Source: Eledone cirrhosa (Eukaryota). From it: DNA of 64,000 bases. A program made the position numbers and the translations under genes. Location of the stretch: contig OZ024744.1 of the NCBI GenBank assembly GCA_964016885.1, forward strand, positions 130,200,001-130,264,000. The letters run 5' to 3'. The first letter of the stretch is position 1; each line of letters opens with the position of its first letter. This document shows positions 62,501 through 64,000 of this stretch, one piece after another. The notes under the pieces were generated by a model that did not search any database, was not told the DNA's origin, and was given only the letters and a program-made list of their open reading frames with translations.

Positions 62501-63363
62501 GGTTAAGTTAAGTTGGGGTTAAGTTAAGTCGGGGTTGAGTTAAGTTGGGGTTAAGTTAAGTTGGGGTTAATTTAAGTTGGGGTTAAGTTAAGTTGGGGTT
62601 AAGTTAAGTTGGGGTTAAGTTAATTGGGGTTAAGTTAAGTTGGGGTTAAGTTAAGTTGAGGTTAAGTTAAGTTGGGGTTAAATTAAGTTTGGGTTAAGTT
62701 AAGTTGGGGTTAAGTTAAGTTGGGGATAAGTTAAGTTGGGGATAATTTAAGTTGGGGTTAAGTTAAGTTGGGTTTAAGTTAAGTTGGAGTTAAGTTAAGT
62801 TGGGGTTAAGTTAAGTTGGGGTTAAGTTAAGTTGGGGTTAAGTTAAGTTGGGGCTAAGTTAAGTTGGGGCTGAGTTAAGTTGGGGTTAAGTTAAGTTGGG
62901 GTTAAGTTAAGTTGGGGTTAAGTTAAGTTGGGGTTAATTTAAGTTGGGGTTAAGTTAAGTTGCGGGTAATTTAGTTGGGGTTAAGTTAAGTTGGGGTTAA
63001 GTTAAGTTGGGGTTAAGTTAAGTTGGGGTTAAGTTAAGTTGGGGCTGAGTTAAGTTGGGGTTAAGTTAAGTTGGGGTTAAGTTAAGTTGGGGTTAAGTTA
63101 AGTTGGGGTTAAGTTAAGTTGGGGTTTATTTAAGTTGGGGTTAAGTTAAGTTGGGGTTCAGTTAAGTTGCAGTTAAGTCAAGTTGAGGTTAAGTTAAGGT
63201 GCGGTTAAGTTAAGTTGGGGTTAATTTAAGTTGGGGTTAAGTTAAGTTGGGGTTAAGTTAAGTTGGTTAGTTAAGTTGAGTTTAAGTTAAGTTGGGGTTA
63301 ATTTAAGTTGGGGTTAAGTTAAGTTGGGGTTAAGTTAAGTTGGGGTTAAGTTAAGTTGGGGTT

Positions 63364-63538
63364 AACCCCAACTTAACTTAACCCCAACTTCACTCAACCC
63401 CAACGTAACTCAACCTCAACTTAACTTAACCCCAACTTCACTCAACCCCAACTTAACTTAACCCCAACTTCACTCAACCCCAACTTCCAACTTGACTTAA
63501 CCCCAACTTAACTTAGCCCCAACTTAACTTAAGCCCAA
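63364..63538 (-). repeat. Inverted satellite island 9 (subtype C, 175 bp)
   Basis: Same layout as island 5 with one private change (caacctcaac). Confidence 0.97.
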
Positions 63539-64000
63539 AGTCGGGGTTAAGTTAAGTTGGCGTTAAGTTAAGTTGGTGTTAAGTTAAGTTAGGCTTAACT
63601 TAAGTTGGGGTTCAGTTAAGTTGGGGGTAAGTTAAGTTGGGGGTAAGTTAAGTTGGGGGTAAGTTAAGTTGGGGTTAAGTTAAGTTGCGGTTAAGTTGGG
63701 GTTAAGTTAAGTTAGGGTTAAGTTAAGTTGGGGTTGAGTTAAGTTGGGGTTAATTAAGTGGTGGTTATGTTAAGTTGGGGTTAAGTTAAGTTGGGGTTAA
63801 TTTAAATTGGGGTTAAGTTAACTTTGTGGTTAAGTTAAGTTGGGGTTAAGTTAAGTTGGGGTAAAGTTGGGGTTGAGTTAAGTTGGGGTTGAGTGAAGTT
63901 GGGGTTAAGTTAAGTTGGGGTTAAGTTAAGTTTGGGTTAAGATAAGTCGGGGTTAAGTTAAGTTGTGGTTGAGTTAAGTTGGGGTTAATTTAAGTTGGGG

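Larger units (their letters stand above)
1..64000 (+). repeat. Tandem satellite array, 16-bp monomer TTAAGTTAAGTTGGGG, about 4,000 copies, running off both window ends
   Basis: Period 16 read directly (taag at 1-4 recurs at 17-20). The consensus is T6A4G6 (37.5% GC, no C). Many monomers carry 1-3 substitutions, and there are occasional length variants (e.g. 11, 15, 17, 21 bp). Confidence 0.99.

Noticed and set aside
47642-63538. Inverted islands as MITEs or piggyBac-type insertions at TTAA
   Set aside because: The islands consist purely of reversed satellite, with no distinct terminal inverted repeats, no foreign internal sequence and no TTAA duplication at the right junction.
47642-63538. 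Inverted islands as fold-back chimeric-read artefacts
   Set aside because: Unlikely, because the islands are not mirror copies of their left flanks, return to forward orientation at one shared junction, and fall into subtypes that co-vary with flank variants. Raw reads are still needed to exclude it fully.
1-64000. Protein-coding ORFs or a repeat-encoded peptide
   Set aside because: Each monomer has two TTAA, giving TAA on both strands, and the 16-bp period rotates the frame, so all six frames close within a few tens of bases.
1-64000. CRISPR array or other repeat-spacer system
   Set aside because: There are no unique spacers. Monomers are directly adjacent and differ only by point variants, and no cas or other genes are present.
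1-64000. Active telomerase-synthesised terminal tract
   Set aside because: Variant patterns are inherited across multi-kb duplications and internal inversions are present, unlike freshly templated repeats. No chromosome end is visible. A telomere-derived origin remains open.
1-64000. A single regular higher-order repeat or an information-bearing code in monomer variants
   Set aside because: Observed periods are not multiples of a common unit, and the variant order is explained by nested duplication. I saw no independent sign of encoded information.

Overview
The whole 64 kb window is one non-coding satellite array of about 4,000 copies of a 16-bp monomer, TTAAGTTAAGTTGGGG, i.e. (TTAAG)2+TTGGGG. 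The + strand is G/T-rich with almost no C. I find no genes, RNA genes, transposons, CRISPR spacers or unique sequence, and TAA stops occur in all six frames. The structure lies in the monomer variants. (1) Shared rare variants show nested kb-scale duplications with many different periods (about 0.94, 1.73, 1.92, 2.30, 2.87, 2.95, 4.94, 5.27, 8.26 and 15.6 kb) rather than one fixed higher-order repeat. (2) The variant set changes at about 46.35 kb. (3) To the right of that boundary are nine short (175-216 bp) inverted islands of the same satellite, in three subtypes. They share the same two junctions, and the left junction is a spacer-less palindrome centred on GTT|AAC. The monomer resembles telomeric motifs, but the inherited variants point to recombinational maintenance (centromeric, pericentromeric, subtelomeric or interstitial satellite of a eukaryote, organism not determinable). 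Coordinates and offsets were counted by eye from marker variants, and duplication endpoints are approximate (about +/-50 bp).
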